A stretch of 64,000 bases of DNA from Verrucomicrobiota bacterium (GCA_049510745.1 JBEKYR010000010.1:64001-128000), one strand, 5' to 3'. Positions 20,084-31,088 are shown, counted from the stretch's first letter. Translations and numbers: made by a program. Notes: generated by a model from the sequence alone, not told the origin.

Positions 20084-20218
20084 TCAGGCGCACGTAAAAA
20101 CAGGAACCGTGATGGCAAGCTGGAATCGTTTCCTGGCCCAAAGCGCGAAACAGCGGCGGGACTCACCCGGCCAGAAAATGGCGGAAATGACGACGTTGGT
20201 GTCAACGACGACGTTCAT
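20084..20218 (-). pseudogene. Truncated PIN-domain toxin (N-terminal 44 aa only)
   Basis: Hand translation MNVVVDTNVVISAIFWPGESRRCFALWARKRFQLAITVPVFTCA*; ATGA-coupled to the AbrB gene. Confidence 0.75.
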
Positions 20219-20490
20219 CCCCGCTTCCGCCGTTTTTCGTCGCGATATTCGGCGACAACCTCTCGCACCATTTCTTCGTCTTCAGCCGTTTGATAGCGAG
20301 TGAGCGATCCGGCGGTGGCGATGACGGCCCGCAGTTCCCGTTCCGTTGGCTCGGTCAGGGGTGTGACATACAATCCATCTCCGACCTCCGTCACGCGCAG
20401 GGTGGCGCCCGGCTTGATTTTCTTTCGTCGGCGGAATTCTTCCGGCAACTCCACTTGCCCTGTTTGCGAAACACTCACTGTCGTTGTCAT
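20215..20490 (-). CDS. AbrB/MazE/SpoVT family antitoxin
   Basis: VSQTGQVELPEEFRRRKKIKPG swapped-hairpin signature. Confidence 0.85.
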   Translation of the reverse strand: MTTTVSVSQTGQVELPEEFRRRKKIKPGATLRVTEVGDGLYVTPLTEPTERELRAVIATAGSLTRYQTAEDEEMVREVVAEYRDEKRRKRG

Positions 20491-20520
20491 GGGCAAAGCT
20501 TACCTCATGGCTCGCCGGCT

Positions 20521-20871
20521 TTACAGTTCCAAAGTGTGTTTCAACGCCGCATCCACGGCTTTCATCCCCGGGAAGTTGCCCAGCACGGAATCAATTTCAG
20601 AATCCAGCACCGTCGCCAGATTGTCCGATATGATAACGGAGTCCAACCGCAGGCCGGTGGTTTTACCGTCCGCAGAATTGACGCCGACAAAAATCCGGCT
20701 TGAATGACCGCGCCGGGCAAGGTTGCTCGAAATCATGGCGACGATGGTTTGTGTCAAACCGCTGTCGAGGTTGTTCCGCTGAATGACCAACGCGGGACGA
20801 CGCTTAGCCGCGCGCAGATCGGAATTTGGGAAAAGCACCAGGACAACATCACCGCGCCGGGTCTTTGTCAT
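20521..20871 (-). CDS. PemK/MazF family toxin
   Basis: RRGDVVLVLFPNSD...KRRPALVIQ...GLRLDSVI. Confidence 0.9.
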   Translation of the reverse strand: MTKTRRGDVVLVLFPNSDLRAAKRRPALVIQRNNLDSGLTQTIVAMISSNLARRGHSSRIFVGVNSADGKTTGLRLDSVIISDNLATVLDSEIDSVLGNFPGMKAVDAALKHTLEL

Positions 20872-21082
20872 AAATGTCGGCTTCAGGTCGTTCCCAATCG
20901 TTGGCGAACGTCTTCAATCGCGCGCGCAGTTCGGCGGCTTGAGCCTCGTCAATTCCCCGCGCCCGCAAGTCAACGCCGCTGGTTTCAAGGAAGGTCACCA
21001 GCACGCGTGATTGGTTCACTTGCGGAGGTGTCTCGACGAGTTCCACTTTGCCGTTTCTATATGTGCCTTCGACAGTCAGCAT
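20849..21082 (-). CDS. Putative antitoxin of the MazF toxin
   Basis: MLTVEGTYRNGKVEL N-terminus, acidic C-terminus DWERPEADIYD; overlaps the toxin start. Confidence 0.75.
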   Translation of the reverse strand: MLTVEGTYRNGKVELVETPPQVNQSRVLVTFLETSGVDLRARGIDEAQAAELRARLKTFANDWERPEADIYDKDPAR

Positions 21083-21126
21083 AACTACGATAAAAATAGC
21101 ATGCGTGGCCGGCTTTGTGAAGCCGA

Positions 21127-22056
21127 TTATGCCGTGGTAAAATCTCGCGCTTGGGCCGCGTCTTGGGCGATTTGCGCGCGGAGGGCGGCGGCGGACGGGA
21201 ATTTTTGTTCGTCGCGCAGTTTTTTCAGGAAGGTCAGTTCCAATTCCTGACCGTATATGTCCCGGTCGAAATCCAACAGGTGCGCTTCGACTTGAAGCGG
21301 CGGGGCGGCGGATGACACGGTGGGACGATGGCCGATGTTGACGGCCGCGCGCCAGCGGTTCGCGCCGACTTGCGCCTCCGCGACATAGACTCCCGAGGGC
21401 GGAACAACGATGCCTGTGACGTCCAGGTTGGCGGTGGGGAATCCCAGTTTGCGGCCGAAGCGTCCGCCTTGAATGACGGGGCCGCGGAGCGAGTAGGGAC
21501 GGCCCAGCATCCGGGCGGCGGCGTCGAAATCCCCGGCGCGGACCGCCTCGCGAATGCGCGTGCTGCTGACCGGCTGTCCGTCCCAGGTCACGTCGGGCAA
21601 GGCGTGGACCTGGAAGCGCAACTCAGCGCCCAATTGCCGGAGCAGGGCCACGTTGCCCGATCGTTTCCAGCCGAACAGGAAGGTGTCGCCCACGCAAATA
21701 GTTTCGATTTGACGGAAGTCGCGCGCCAGGGAGCGGATAAACTGTCCGCCGGGAATCTGGCTGAACGGCTTGTCAAAACGAATGACGCAGGCGGCTTCGA
21801 GGCCAAACGCGGCCAGGACCTCCAGTTTTTTGGAAAGCGGATAGATCAAGGGCGGCACACTGGCGGGCGCGACGATGGCGTTGGGATGACGGTCGAAGGT
21901 GACCGCCACCGTCACCGCCCGATGCCGCGCGGCGTCGGAAAGGGTCTGGCGGAGGACCTGTTGGTGGCCGAGGTGAACGCCGTCGAAGACGCCGATGGCC
22001 GCGCAGACGGGGCGCGAGCCGGCGGGGAGATCGGTGGCGGCGGCGAGGACCTTCAT
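21127..22056 (-). CDS. ribF: Bifunctional riboflavin kinase/FAD synthetase
   Basis: IGVFDGVHLGHQ, VSSTRIR, LGFPTAN, EAHLLDF, LRDEQKF. Confidence 0.96.
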   Translation of the reverse strand: MKVLAAATDLPAGSRPVCAAIGVFDGVHLGHQQVLRQTLSDAARHRAVTVAVTFDRHPNAIVAPASVPPLIYPLSKKLEVLAAFGLEAACVIRFDKPFSQIPGGQFIRSLARDFRQIETICVGDTFLFGWKRSGNVALLRQLGAELRFQVHALPDVTWDGQPVSSTRIREAVRAGDFDAAARMLGRPYSLRGPVIQGGRFGRKLGFPTANLDVTGIVVPPSGVYVAEAQVGANRWRAAVNIGHRPTVSSAAPPLQVEAHLLDFDRDIYGQELELTFLKKLRDEQKFPSAAALRAQIAQDAAQARDFTTA

Positions 22057-22781
22057 CCGGGGGACATGTTTGACTGGGCCAGTTGCAAAAAGGGGATGAC
22101 GCGCTTTTGCAAATCGGCGGACGAAAGCTTGAGCGCCTCCTCGAAGGGGAGGGCGTTTTGGACGTCGAATTTGCCTGAGGCCACGCGGCGCAGAGTGGCC
22201 AGGTGCGCGCCGCACCCCATCTTGCGGCCCAGTTCGTCGGCCAGGGCGCGGACGTAGGTTCCCTTGGTGCAGGCGACGCGGAAACGGCCCAGCGGTTCGG
22301 CGTAGCCGGAAAAGCGGAAGCTGTAAACATGGATCAAACGGGCCTTGCGTTCGACCTCGATTCCCTTGCGCGCCATTTTGTAAAGGGGAACGCCTTTGAT
22401 CTTGACAGCCGAGACCATCGGCGGCGTTTGCATCAGGTCGCCCTGAAACGCGGCGGCGGCTTCGTTGAGTTCTTCCAGCGTCATGGGAGGCACCGGCAAT
22501 GACGACACCAGTTCGCCGTCGGCGTCAAAACTGTCCGTCGATTCCCCGAATTTGATCGTGCCTTCATAGACTTTGTCGTCGGACATGAGCTTTTCCGAGA
22601 GCTTGGTGCCTTTGCCCAGGACGATGATGAGCAGGCCGGTGGCGTTGGGGTCGAGCGTGCCGCAATGGCCCGCCTTTTCCAGGCGAAAGGCGCGGCGCAG
22701 GGCATCGACCACGTCGTGCGAGGTCGGCCCGGCGGGCTTGTCAATAAGAACCGCGCCGTCGAATGGATCGAATTCGCGCAT
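22053..22781 (-). CDS. truB: tRNA pseudouridine(55) synthase
   Basis: DKPAGPTSHD, GHCGTLDP, CTKGTYVRAL. Confidence 0.96.
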   Translation of the reverse strand: MREFDPFDGAVLIDKPAGPTSHDVVDALRRAFRLEKAGHCGTLDPNATGLLIIVLGKGTKLSEKLMSDDKVYEGTIKFGESTDSFDADGELVSSLPVPPMTLEELNEAAAAFQGDLMQTPPMVSAVKIKGVPLYKMARKGIEVERKARLIHVYSFRFSGYAEPLGRFRVACTKGTYVRALADELGRKMGCGAHLATLRRVASGKFDVQNALPFEEALKLSSADLQKRVIPFLQLAQSNMSPG

Positions 22782-22783
22782 GG

Positions 22784-23767
22784 TCAGCGGGCGGCGTCGA
22801 GGGCTTTTCTGACGGCGGCGATGACGCGGCGCTGGACGGAGAGCGGCTTGCCGGGGATGCGCGCCCCGGCCGCGGCGAGATGGCCGCCCCCGCCGAACTG
22901 GGCGGCGATTTCGTTGACATCGACGCGGGGGGACTTCGAGCGCAGGCTGATGCGCGTCAACTCCGGCTCGATTTCCTCAAAGACGCACGCCACCACGACC
23001 GGTTCGATGGCGCGGATGTGGTCGATGAGTCCCTCGGTGTCGCTGCGGTCGGCGCCGGTGCGGGCGAAGTCGCTTTTCTTGAGCCAGAGATAGGCAATCT
23101 GGTCGCGGTGGGTCAGGTGAAAATGATTATAGACGTGCTTGAGCAGGCGGACGCGGGAGAGGGAGAAGGACTGATAGACCTCGTGGCAGATCGTGTCCAC
23201 GTGCGCCCCCAGTTTCACCAACTGGCCGGCGGTGTGATAGGTCACCGGTTTGGTGGTCGGATACTGGAACGAGCCTGTGTCGGTGGAAACGGCGGTGAAG
23301 AGGCAGTCGGCAATGGCCGGCGTGATGGGCCAGCGGGCGGCTTGGAGGAGGCGGAAGATCAACTCGCCCGTCGAGGCCTCGCGGGCCGAAATCCAGTTCA
23401 AATCGCCGTAGCGCGTATTGCTCGGGTGATGATCGATGTTGATGAGGAACTTCCGCCGGCCGACGGCCGGCCCGACGTTGCCCAAGCGCTCGAAGGAGGC
23501 GCAATCGGCGGCGATGACCAGGTCGAATTCGCGCCCGTCGGCGGGCTTTTGCAGCAATTTGTCCGGGTCCAGGAAGGTGTATTTTTGCGGGGTGACGTCT
23601 TCGTTCCAGCAGGCGACCTCCTTGCCTTGCTTGCGCAGCGCCAGGGTCAGTCCGAGTTGGGAGCCGATGCAATCGCCATCCGGGCGGAGATGGCCGCCGA
23701 CGCAAATGGATTGGCTGTCGCCGATTTTTTCCAGGATGCGATCAATGATCTTCAAAGTGGGTTTCAT
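22784..23767 (-). CDS. nrnA: DHH family oligoribonuclease/PAP phosphatase
   Basis: RPDGDCIGS, NIDHH, TDTGSF, GGGGHLAAAG. Confidence 0.92.
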   Translation of the reverse strand: MKPTLKIIDRILEKIGDSQSICVGGHLRPDGDCIGSQLGLTLALRKQGKEVACWNEDVTPQKYTFLDPDKLLQKPADGREFDLVIAADCASFERLGNVGPAVGRRKFLINIDHHPSNTRYGDLNWISAREASTGELIFRLLQAARWPITPAIADCLFTAVSTDTGSFQYPTTKPVTYHTAGQLVKLGAHVDTICHEVYQSFSLSRVRLLKHVYNHFHLTHRDQIAYLWLKKSDFARTGADRSDTEGLIDHIRAIEPVVVACVFEEIEPELTRISLRSKSPRVDVNEIAAQFGGGGHLAAAGARIPGKPLSVQRRVIAAVRKALDAAR

Positions 23768-24117
23768 TCGGAGGACGGCGGAGGCTCCAGTTCATCGAGG
23801 ATGCGGAGGATGCGGTTGCCGCGCTCGACGGATTCGTCCAGAACAAAGCGCAGTTGGGGGGTGTATTTGAGGACAATGGCCCGGGCGAGCAGGCCCTGAA
23901 TGCGCTTGCGGTGGGTGTCGAGAGCTTCCATGGCCTTCTTTTTTTGGTCCGTGCCGCCCAGCACGCCGATAAAAACGGTGGCGTTGTGCAAATTGGGGGC
24001 GACGTCCACGTCGTTGACGTTGATCAAGCCGACTTGATCGACGGGCAGTTCCCGGCGGACGACCTCGCCGATCTGGCGCTTCAACAACTCGCGCACCCGT
24101 TCCAGTCTCAGGGACAT
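23764..24117 (-). CDS. rbfA: 30S ribosome-binding factor A
   Basis: RLERVRELL...LKYTPQLRFVLDESVERG; follows infB. Confidence 0.95.
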   Translation of the reverse strand: MSLRLERVRELLKRQIGEVVRRELPVDQVGLINVNDVDVAPNLHNATVFIGVLGGTDQKKKAMEALDTHRKRIQGLLARAIVLKYTPQLRFVLDESVERGNRILRILDELEPPPSSE

Positions 24118-24133
24118 AGTTCCGTGCTCCTTC

Positions 24134-26689
24134 TCAGGTCAGTTTGGGGGCGACTTTTTCGGTGCTATAGCACTCGATGAGGTCGCCGGTTTGCATTTCG
24201 TTAAAGCCTTCGATGCGGATGCCGCACTCCATGCCGGCGCGCACTTCGTTGACGTCATCCTGGAAGCGGCGCAAGGTCTGGATGATGCCTTCGTAAATGA
24301 GGCCCTTGCGGCGCAGGACGCGGGCTTTGCCGCGCACCATGCGGCCGGAGTTGACGAGGCAGCCGGCGACGTTGCCGCCCTTGGACAACTCGAAAATCTT
24401 CCGCACCTCCGCCGAGCCGATGATGATTTCCTTGATGACCGGTTCGAGGAGTCCGGCCATGGCTTCCTTGACCTGGTCGATCAGCTCGTAAATGATCGAG
24501 TAAAGTTTGATCTGCACCCCTTCGCGCTTGGCCAGGTCGGCCACGTCCACGTCGATCCGCGTGTGGAATCCCAGGATGATGGCCGAGGAGGCCGAGGCCA
24601 GCAGCACATCCGATTCGGTGATCGTGCCGACCGCGCTGTGAATGACCTCCAGAGAAACCTGGCCCGCCTCGATCTTTTTGAGCGCTTCGACAATGGCCTC
24701 GACCGACCCCTGGGTATCGGCCTTGACGACGACCTTGAGGATTTTCGCCTGGGTCGCGTCGAGGGTGGCGAATAAATTTTCCAGGGTGACCTTGGCGCGC
24801 GTTTCGTTCGATTGGGTGCGGGCCAATTCGGCGCGTTGCTCGGCCAGGTCGCGCGCGTTTTTTTCGTCCTCCAGGACGCTGAACTCCAGGCCGGCTTCGG
24901 GCACGCCGTTGAGGCCGAGAATTCTGACGGCGACCGACGGACCGGCATCTTTTTGGCGGTCTCCCTCCTCGCTGATCAAGGCGCGGACTTTGCCCCAGAA
25001 AGGGCCGCAAATGACGACGTCGCCGACGCGCAAGGTGCCTTTGCGGACCAGGACGGTGGCGGTGGGGCCGCCGGGTTCGAGGCCGGATTCGATGACGTTG
25101 CCTTTGGCGCGGCGGTTGGGGTTGGCCTTCAGTTCCAGGAGGTCGGCCTGGAGCAGGATCATTTCCAGCAATTTGTCCACTCCCTGCTTGGTCAGGGCGG
25201 AAACATCGACGAAGATGGTTTCGCCGCCCCAATCGTCCGGCGCCAGCCCTTTTTCCTGGAGTTGCTGGCGGACTTTCATAGGGTTGGCGTTCGGGTGGTC
25301 GCACTTGTTGACAGCTACGATGATCGGGGCCTTGGCCGCCTGGGCGTGGCTCAGGGCCTCCAACGTCTGCGGCATGACGCCGTCGTTGGCCGCCACCACC
25401 AGCACGACAATATCCGTCACCGTCGCGCCCCGCGCGCGCATGGCGCTGAAGGCGGCGTGGCCGGGCGTGTCGAGAAAGGTGATTTGTTGGAGCTCGTTTT
25501 TGCGCTCGGGATGCGGAAAGGAAATTGTGTAGGCCCCAATGTGCTGGGTGATGCCGCCGGCCTCGCCCGCCGCGACGTTGGACTTGCGGATCACGTCCAG
25601 CAGCGTCGTTTTGCCGTGGTCCACGTGCCCCATGATCGTGACGACGGGCGCCCGCGGTTTCATGTCTTCGGGCTTGTCTTCGACATCCAGCTCCACCTTC
25701 CTGACCGGGGTGTGGGCGCCGGCGCCGCGCTCGCGTTTTTCCACCTCGAAGCGGAAGCCGTATTTGGCGCAAATCCGCTGCGCCACATCCTCGTCAATCG
25801 ATTGATTGACGTTGGCGAAAACCCCCACTTCCATCAGATCGGCGATGATCTGGAATGGCTTGCGCTTTAATTGGTCGGCCATATCCCGCACGATGATGGG
25901 CGGCTTGAGGGTGATGAGTTGCCCGGTGGCCGGCGGGACAAATTTCTCCGGGGCCTTGGCGGATACGGGCGCGGGCGCCGCCGTTCTTTGGGGTGCCCTT
26001 TGTGCCGGCCTCTGACCGGACTGCGCTGGCGCGGCGGGAGCCGCAACGCCTGGCCCCCGGCGAATATCGCCGCGGCCAATAACGCCGGTTCGCCCGCCGG
26101 CGGACGCGCCTCGTCCGGCGCTTTTGTCCGCCGGCTGCCGCGGCGCGGGCTTGGGCGGCAGTTGCACCCAACCGACCTTTTCCCCGATCTTCGGCGTGGG
26201 GGGAGGCGGCGGCGGGGCGGGCGCTTTCGGGACTTCAACCGGGGCCGCTGGCGCCGGCGCTTCGGCTGCCGGGGTCTCAGAAATGGCTGGCGCAGAGGGT
26301 GTTTCGACGGCTGGCGTGACCGTTTCGGGAGCCGGCACGACAACGCTCACCGCCGGGGGAGCCGCAGTTTCGAGCGGAGGCGGCGCGGGCGGCGCGGGCG
26401 GGGTGATCGCTTCAACGGCCGGGGCCGCTTCGGTAATCAGGGTGATCGGAGGATGCGTTTCGACGGCGGCCGGAGCTGGGGCGGGAGGTTCAGGCGGCGG
26501 CGCGGCCGGGGCCGCGGCTGGCGGCGGAAGCAATTTGGCCAACTCGATTTCGAGGAATTCAGCGGTAATTTTGTCCAGGGAACTGGACGGCACTTTGGCC
26601 TGGGCAATGCCCAGGTCCCTGGCCTTGGCAAGGACTTCCTTGCTTTCGATGCCAAGCTTCTTTGCTAAATCGTAAATGCGAACAGGCAT
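24134..26689 (-). CDS. infB: Translation initiation factor IF-2
   Basis: [34 protein letters not shown]; Pro/Ala-rich N-terminal linker. Confidence 0.98.
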   Translation of the reverse strand: MPVRIYDLAKKLGIESKEVLAKARDLGIAQAKVPSSSLDKITAEFLEIELAKLLPPPAAAPAAPPPEPPAPAPAAVETHPPITLITEAAPAVEAITPPAPPAPPPLETAAPPAVSVVVPAPETVTPAVETPSAPAISETPAAEAPAPAAPVEVPKAPAPPPPPPTPKIGEKVGWVQLPPKPAPRQPADKSAGRGASAGGRTGVIGRGDIRRGPGVAAPAAPAQSGQRPAQRAPQRTAAPAPVSAKAPEKFVPPATGQLITLKPPIIVRDMADQLKRKPFQIIADLMEVGVFANVNQSIDEDVAQRICAKYGFRFEVEKRERGAGAHTPVRKVELDVEDKPEDMKPRAPVVTIMGHVDHGKTTLLDVIRKSNVAAGEAGGITQHIGAYTISFPHPERKNELQQITFLDTPGHAAFSAMRARGATVTDIVVLVVAANDGVMPQTLEALSHAQAAKAPIIVAVNKCDHPNANPMKVRQQLQEKGLAPDDWGGETIFVDVSALTKQGVDKLLEMILLQADLLELKANPNRRAKGNVIESGLEPGGPTATVLVRKGTLRVGDVVICGPFWGKVRALISEEGDRQKDAGPSVAVRILGLNGVPEAGLEFSVLEDEKNARDLAEQRAELARTQSNETRAKVTLENLFATLDATQAKILKVVVKADTQGSVEAIVEALKKIEAGQVSLEVIHSAVGTITESDVLLASASSAIILGFHTRIDVDVADLAKREGVQIKLYSIIYELIDQVKEAMAGLLEPVIKEIIIGSAEVRKIFELSKGGNVAGCLVNSGRMVRGKARVLRRKGLIYEGIIQTLRRFQDDVNEVRAGMECGIRIEGFNEMQTGDLIECYSTEKVAPKLT

Positions 26690-26767
26690 ATTCTTCTGTC
26701 TGCCAACTGGCCCGCGGAGTTTTCATGCGGTCAACATGTCAACAGGGCGGCCCTTCAAATCATCTGA

Positions 26768-28048
26768 TCAAGAGGCTTCCGGCTTCTCGCCAGCCTCGCC
26801 GCCGTTGCGCCGGGCAGCCTCGGACTTGATCGCTTCCATGATGGCGGGCACCTGGTCCTTGATCTGTTCGATCTGTTCCAAATCGCTCAATTCCGCCTGT
26901 AGCAAGGCGTCCACCGTCGAAAATCCCGCATGCACCAGGACACTGGCCACTTCGGGCGTCAAACCGATGGCCACGAAGCTCTGCACCGCCTGGGCCACTT
27001 TCTGCTCGAAGCCGACCGTCACCACCGCTTCCGGTTCGATGTCGATCTGCCAGCCGGTCAGTTTGGAGGTCAGGCGGGCGTTTTGCCCCCGCTTGCCGAT
27101 GGCGAGGGAAAGCTGGTCCTCCGCCACCATGATCTTGACCCGGCGCCGGGCCTCATCGACCGTAAAAGACTTCAATTGCGCCGGGGCCAGGGCGTTGGCG
27201 ATGTAGGTCTTGATGTTGGGGTCCCACTTGATGATATCGACCTTCTCGTTGTTCAACTCGCGCACGATATTCTTGACCCGCTGGCCTCGCAGCCCGACGC
27301 AGGCGCCGACCGGATCGACCTTGGGATCGCGGGTATGGACGGCCAGCTTGGTGCGGAAACCCGGCTCGCGCGCAATCCCCTTGATCTCGATGGTGCCGTC
27401 GTTGATCTCGGACACTTCCAACTGGAAAAGTTTGATGACAAATTGCGGATCGGCCCGGGACAGGATGATTTCCGGCCCGTGCGTCCCGGTTTCCACCGCC
27501 TTGACGTAGCAGCGGATGCGCTCGCCGATCTGGTATTCCTCGGTGGGAACGCGCTCGCGGTTGGGCAACAGCGCCTCGTATTTGCCCAGGTCGATCGTCA
27601 CGTCCGAGCGCTCGAAGCGGCGCACCACCCCGCTCATGATGTCGCCGATCCGGTCCTTGAACTCGGTGAAAATAAGTTGTTTCTCCGCCCGGCGGATGTG
27701 CTGCATGAGGGCCTGTTTGGCGTACTGTGAGGCGATGCGTCCGAACCCGGCGGGGGTCACCTCCACCTCCAACTCCTCGCCCAATTGCGCATCCGCCTTG
27801 AGGCGGCGGGCGTCGAAGACGGAAATCTGATCGTGTTTGGAGGCGACCTTCTCGGAGACGACCAGCCGGGCAAAAGCCTTGATATCGCCGGTTTTGGTGT
27901 CAATAGCGCAGCGCAATTCGCGGGCGGGGCCGACGGCCTTTTTAGCGGCGGACAGCAACGCCTCTTCCACCGCCTGAACCAGGACGTCACGGCTGATTCC
28001 CTTCTCGCGCTCCCAGAATTCCAACACTGCTAAAAAATCGGCGTTCAT
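26768..28048 (-). CDS. nusA: Transcription termination factor NusA
   Basis: FGRIASQYAKQ, S1 domain, AREPGFRTK, DPVGACVG, AIGKRGQNARL. Confidence 0.97.
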   Translation of the reverse strand: MNADFLAVLEFWEREKGISRDVLVQAVEEALLSAAKKAVGPARELRCAIDTKTGDIKAFARLVVSEKVASKHDQISVFDARRLKADAQLGEELEVEVTPAGFGRIASQYAKQALMQHIRRAEKQLIFTEFKDRIGDIMSGVVRRFERSDVTIDLGKYEALLPNRERVPTEEYQIGERIRCYVKAVETGTHGPEIILSRADPQFVIKLFQLEVSEINDGTIEIKGIAREPGFRTKLAVHTRDPKVDPVGACVGLRGQRVKNIVRELNNEKVDIIKWDPNIKTYIANALAPAQLKSFTVDEARRRVKIMVAEDQLSLAIGKRGQNARLTSKLTGWQIDIEPEAVVTVGFEQKVAQAVQSFVAIGLTPEVASVLVHAGFSTVDALLQAELSDLEQIEQIKDQVPAIMEAIKSEAARRNGGEAGEKPEAS

Positions 28049-28074
28049 AATCAAAATTTCCCCACACAGGGAAT

Positions 28075-28107
28075 AAAAAAGTCGGCAGAACCTGGGTCTC
28101 CGACTTG
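28075..28107 (-). promoter_or_regulatory. nusA/rimP-leader-type attenuator hairpin
   Basis: On the minus strand AAGTCGG...CCGACTTTTTT, a hairpin plus U-tract in the nusA 5' UTR. Confidence 0.55.
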
Positions 28108-28300
28108 CGCGCTGAAACGAGTCCAGCAAAACAAATTGTGCGACCCATATAATAGCCAGCCGCGCCCAATCGTCAACCGGAAAAATTTGCCGCCCAAAGG
28201 CCTGTCCAGCGCCGGTTTTGGGGTTGGCTGAAAGAGGCTGTGACCTGAGGTTTTAGCGAATCTGCATGGCCAAATCGCCGCGCCGGGCTAAACTGGCGGC

Positions 28301-29557
28301 ATGGAAATCTACGATCACCCGACGTTTCGCATGGCGTGCCGGCAATTCGATCTGGTCGCCGATCGGCTGCAAATGCCCGACGATGAACGCGGCCGCTTGA
28401 AGTTTCCCAAACGCTCCATGACCGTCGCCCTGCCCATTCACATGGATGATGGCAGCATCCGCGTTTTCACCGGCCATCGCGTCCAGCATCATTTGACCCT
28501 CGGCCCGACCAAAGGCGGGTTGCGCTATCACCCCGATGTCGCGCTGGGCGAGGTCGCCGCCCTGGCCATGTGGATGAGTTGGAAGTGCGCGCTGGCCGGG
28601 TTGCCCTACGGCGGCGCCAAAGGCGGCATTGCCTGCGATCCCCGCACGCTTTCCCCGTTGGAGTTGGAACGCCTGACCCGCCGCTACACCCAGGAAATGA
28701 TTCCCTTCATCGGCGACAAAGTCGATGTCATGGCGCCCGACATGGGCACCGACGAACAGACCATGGCCTGGATGATGGACACTTACTCCGTCCATACCGG
28801 CTATGCCGTGCCGTCCATTGTCACGGGCAAACCGGTCAGCATCGGCGGTTCGCTCGGACGCCGCGAAGCCACCGGGCGCGGCGTCGGCTACCTGATTAAC
28901 CGCGTCATGGATACCATCGGCCTCGAACCGACCGACTCCCGCGCCGTGGTGCAGGGCTTCGGCAATGTCGGCTCGGTCGCGGCGTTTTCCCTGGCCAAGT
29001 ACGGCGTGAAAATCGTCGGCATCAGCGATGTCAGCGGCGGCCTTTACAACGCGAAGGGAATTGACCTGTGGAAATTGGAGCAATACGCCGCCGCAAGACG
29101 CTCGGTGGCGGGCTTCCCGGGCGCGGAGCCAATCGCCAACGAGCAATTGCTGGTTTTGCCGTGCGAAATTCTGGTGCCCGCCGCGCTCGAGCGCCAAATC
29201 ACCGGCGACAACGCCGCCAGAATCCAGTGCCGCATCCTCGCCGAGGCCGCCAACGGCCCGACTACCCCGGAAGCGGACGTTATATTGGATCAACGTCCGG
29301 AGATCTTCCTCATCCCCGACATTTTGTGCAACGCGGGCGGGGTGATCGTCTCCTACTTTGAGTGGGTGCAGGATTTGCAGAGCTTTTTCTGGACGGAAAC
29401 CGAAGTGATGGACAAGCTCTTCCGCATCTTGGAGGGCGCGTTCATCCAGACGCTGACGTTGAGCCGGAAGCAGAAACTGTCGATGCGCGCGGCCGCGTTG
29501 GCCCTGGGGATCCAGCGCGTGCGGGAGGCCAAACGGATCCGCGGTTTGTTTCCGTAA
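28301..29557 (+). CDS. gdhA: Glu/Leu/Phe/Val dehydrogenase (glutamate dehydrogenase)
   Basis: GPTKGGLRYHP, GGAKGG, APDMGT, QGFGNVG, EAANGP, NAGGVIVSYFEW. Confidence 0.95.
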   Translation: MEIYDHPTFRMACRQFDLVADRLQMPDDERGRLKFPKRSMTVALPIHMDDGSIRVFTGHRVQHHLTLGPTKGGLRYHPDVALGEVAALAMWMSWKCALAGLPYGGAKGGIACDPRTLSPLELERLTRRYTQEMIPFIGDKVDVMAPDMGTDEQTMAWMMDTYSVHTGYAVPSIVTGKPVSIGGSLGRREATGRGVGYLINRVMDTIGLEPTDSRAVVQGFGNVGSVAAFSLAKYGVKIVGISDVSGGLYNAKGIDLWKLEQYAAARRSVAGFPGAEPIANEQLLVLPCEILVPAALERQITGDNAARIQCRILAEAANGPTTPEADVILDQRPEIFLIPDILCNAGGVIVSYFEWVQDLQSFFWTETEVMDKLFRILEGAFIQTLTLSRKQKLSMRAAALALGIQRVREAKRIRGLFP

Positions 29558-29721
29558 CCCAGGGCGGCGCGGCACCCGACCCGCCCCGCGAATTTTCAGT
29601 CCGGGACACCGCCGCAGCACGCAGGCGGGAGCGGTCCCTCCCGCCAGCCTCTCACCGGCGGAAATCAGGGCGCGGCGACAGGCACCATTTGGTGAACAGA
29701 GCGAGGGCATCGCCATGGATT

Positions 29722-29860
29722 TAGAGCGGTTTAAGAAATAGTGTAGCCGGTGTTCGACGGAAAATGTGTTCGGCGAGGCGCCGAACACGGCGGGCGAGGG
29801 CGCCCGCGCTCCCCAAAACCTCTACGCCTCAGCGGCTACAGTTTTCATGAAATTGCTCTA
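29722..29860. mobile_element. MITE-like element with ~28-bp imperfect terminal inverted repeats and internal REP-like hairpins
   Basis: Left TAGAGCGGTTTAAGAAATAGTGTAGCCG vs reverse complement of right TAGAGCAATTTCATGAAAACTGTAGCCG; internal GTGTTCGGCG-AGG-CGCCGAACAC and GCGGGCG-AGGG-CGCCCGC. Confidence 0.6.
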
Positions 29861-29876
29861 GGCGAATTCAGAAATG

Positions 29877-29912
29877 AGACTCCCCGCATTGAACCGGGAA
29901 TGCGGGGAGTCT
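29877..29912. terminator. 14-bp perfect hairpin (terminator or REP)
   Basis: AGACTCCCCGCATT-GAACCGGG-AATGCGGGGAGTCT. Confidence 0.45.
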
Positions 29913-30125
29913 AAATTCAAATTTCCCCTCTGTCGAGAAAAATGTGGAATCCGGGCGGGCCGACGGGCGTCTGTCGGTTTTTGGACCTCCTGCGACCCTG
30001 TCCGATCCCTGCCAAAAACTGAGAGGCGCGCGGCGTGAATTAATTCTCAATTTTTCACTTGCGCTCCGCGATGATTGCGTTATGATATCATCAAGATAGC
30101 AGTCAACCGTCAAATGAAAGGACCT

Positions 30126-31088
30126 ATGAATACCGAAAGAACAAACGCCAGCCGCGAGTCCGAAAGGTGCGTCAGCAGTGGCTGGATCATGCTTGGGGCT
30201 GACATCGTCTTGATCGTGGGCTCCGCAGCCTTGATGATTTACTCTGCGGTTCACGGCATCCGAACGCTGGGACATCCGATGTGGAAGTTTCTCATCATTG
30301 GGTTGCTGGCGGAAATTGTGAGCTGGATCCTGCTCAATGGCTTTTTCACATTGCAGCCCAATGAGGCGCGGGTCCTGCTTTTGTTCGGCGCTTACAAAGG
30401 AACGGTGCGAAAGAGTGGATTCCATTGGGGTAACCCATTCTATTCCAAAGACTTGAAAGCGGGCCGGCCTGAGCAGCCGGTTGCGATAACAACCGGGAGG
30501 GATAAAGTGTCCCTTCGGGCGCGCACCCTCAATGTGGTGAAACTCAAGGTCAACGACAAACGAGGCAACCCCATCGAAATTGCTGCCGTCGTCGTCTGGC
30601 GCGTGGCCGACACCGCCCAGGCGGTCTTCGATGTGGACGATTACGAGGGCTACGTTCACCTCCAAAGCGAAAGCGCCCTGCGCCATCTGGCCAGCGCCTA
30701 TCGCTACGATGACGGCGAGGAAAACGAAGCGACCCTGCGCGGCAACGTGGATGAAATTTCGCAGGCCTTGCGCCGGGAATTGCAGGAGCGGCTGGCCAAG
30801 GCGGGCGTCGTCGTTGATGAGGCCCGGCTGACCAACCTGTCCTACGCGCCCGAGATCGCCCAGGTGATGCTGCGCCGCCAACAAGCCGAAGCCGTCATCG
30901 CCGCCCGGCAAAAGATTGTCCAGGGGGCCGTCAGCATGGTGGACATGGCGCTGAAGGATTTGGCGCAGAAAGAGGTGGTGGCGTTGGACGACGAGCGCAA
31001 AGCGGCCATGGTGAGCAACCTGATGGTGGTGCTTTGCAGCGAATCGGAAGTCCACCCGGTCGTCAACACCGGCACGCTCTATACTTGA
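30126..31088 (+). CDS. SPFH/band 7 domain membrane protein
   Basis: Two TMs, [43 protein letters not shown]. Confidence 0.92.
   Translation: MNTERTNASRESERCVSSGWIMLGADIVLIVGSAALMIYSAVHGIRTLGHPMWKFLIIGLLAEIVSWILLNGFFTLQPNEARVLLLFGAYKGTVRKSGFHWGNPFYSKDLKAGRPEQPVAITTGRDKVSLRARTLNVVKLKVNDKRGNPIEIAAVVVWRVADTAQAVFDVDDYEGYVHLQSESALRHLASAYRYDDGEENEATLRGNVDEISQALRRELQERLAKAGVVVDEARLTNLSYAPEIAQVMLRRQQAEAVIAARQKIVQGAVSMVDMALKDLAQKEVVALDDERKAAMVSNLMVVLCSESEVHPVVNTGTLYT

Noticed and set aside
26150..26530. GC-rich repetitive tract
   Set aside because: Pro/Ala-rich linker of IF-2; ordinary
28048..28300. No rimP upstream of nusA
   Set aside because: Probably a lineage trait or the gene lies elsewhere; cannot be judged from one window
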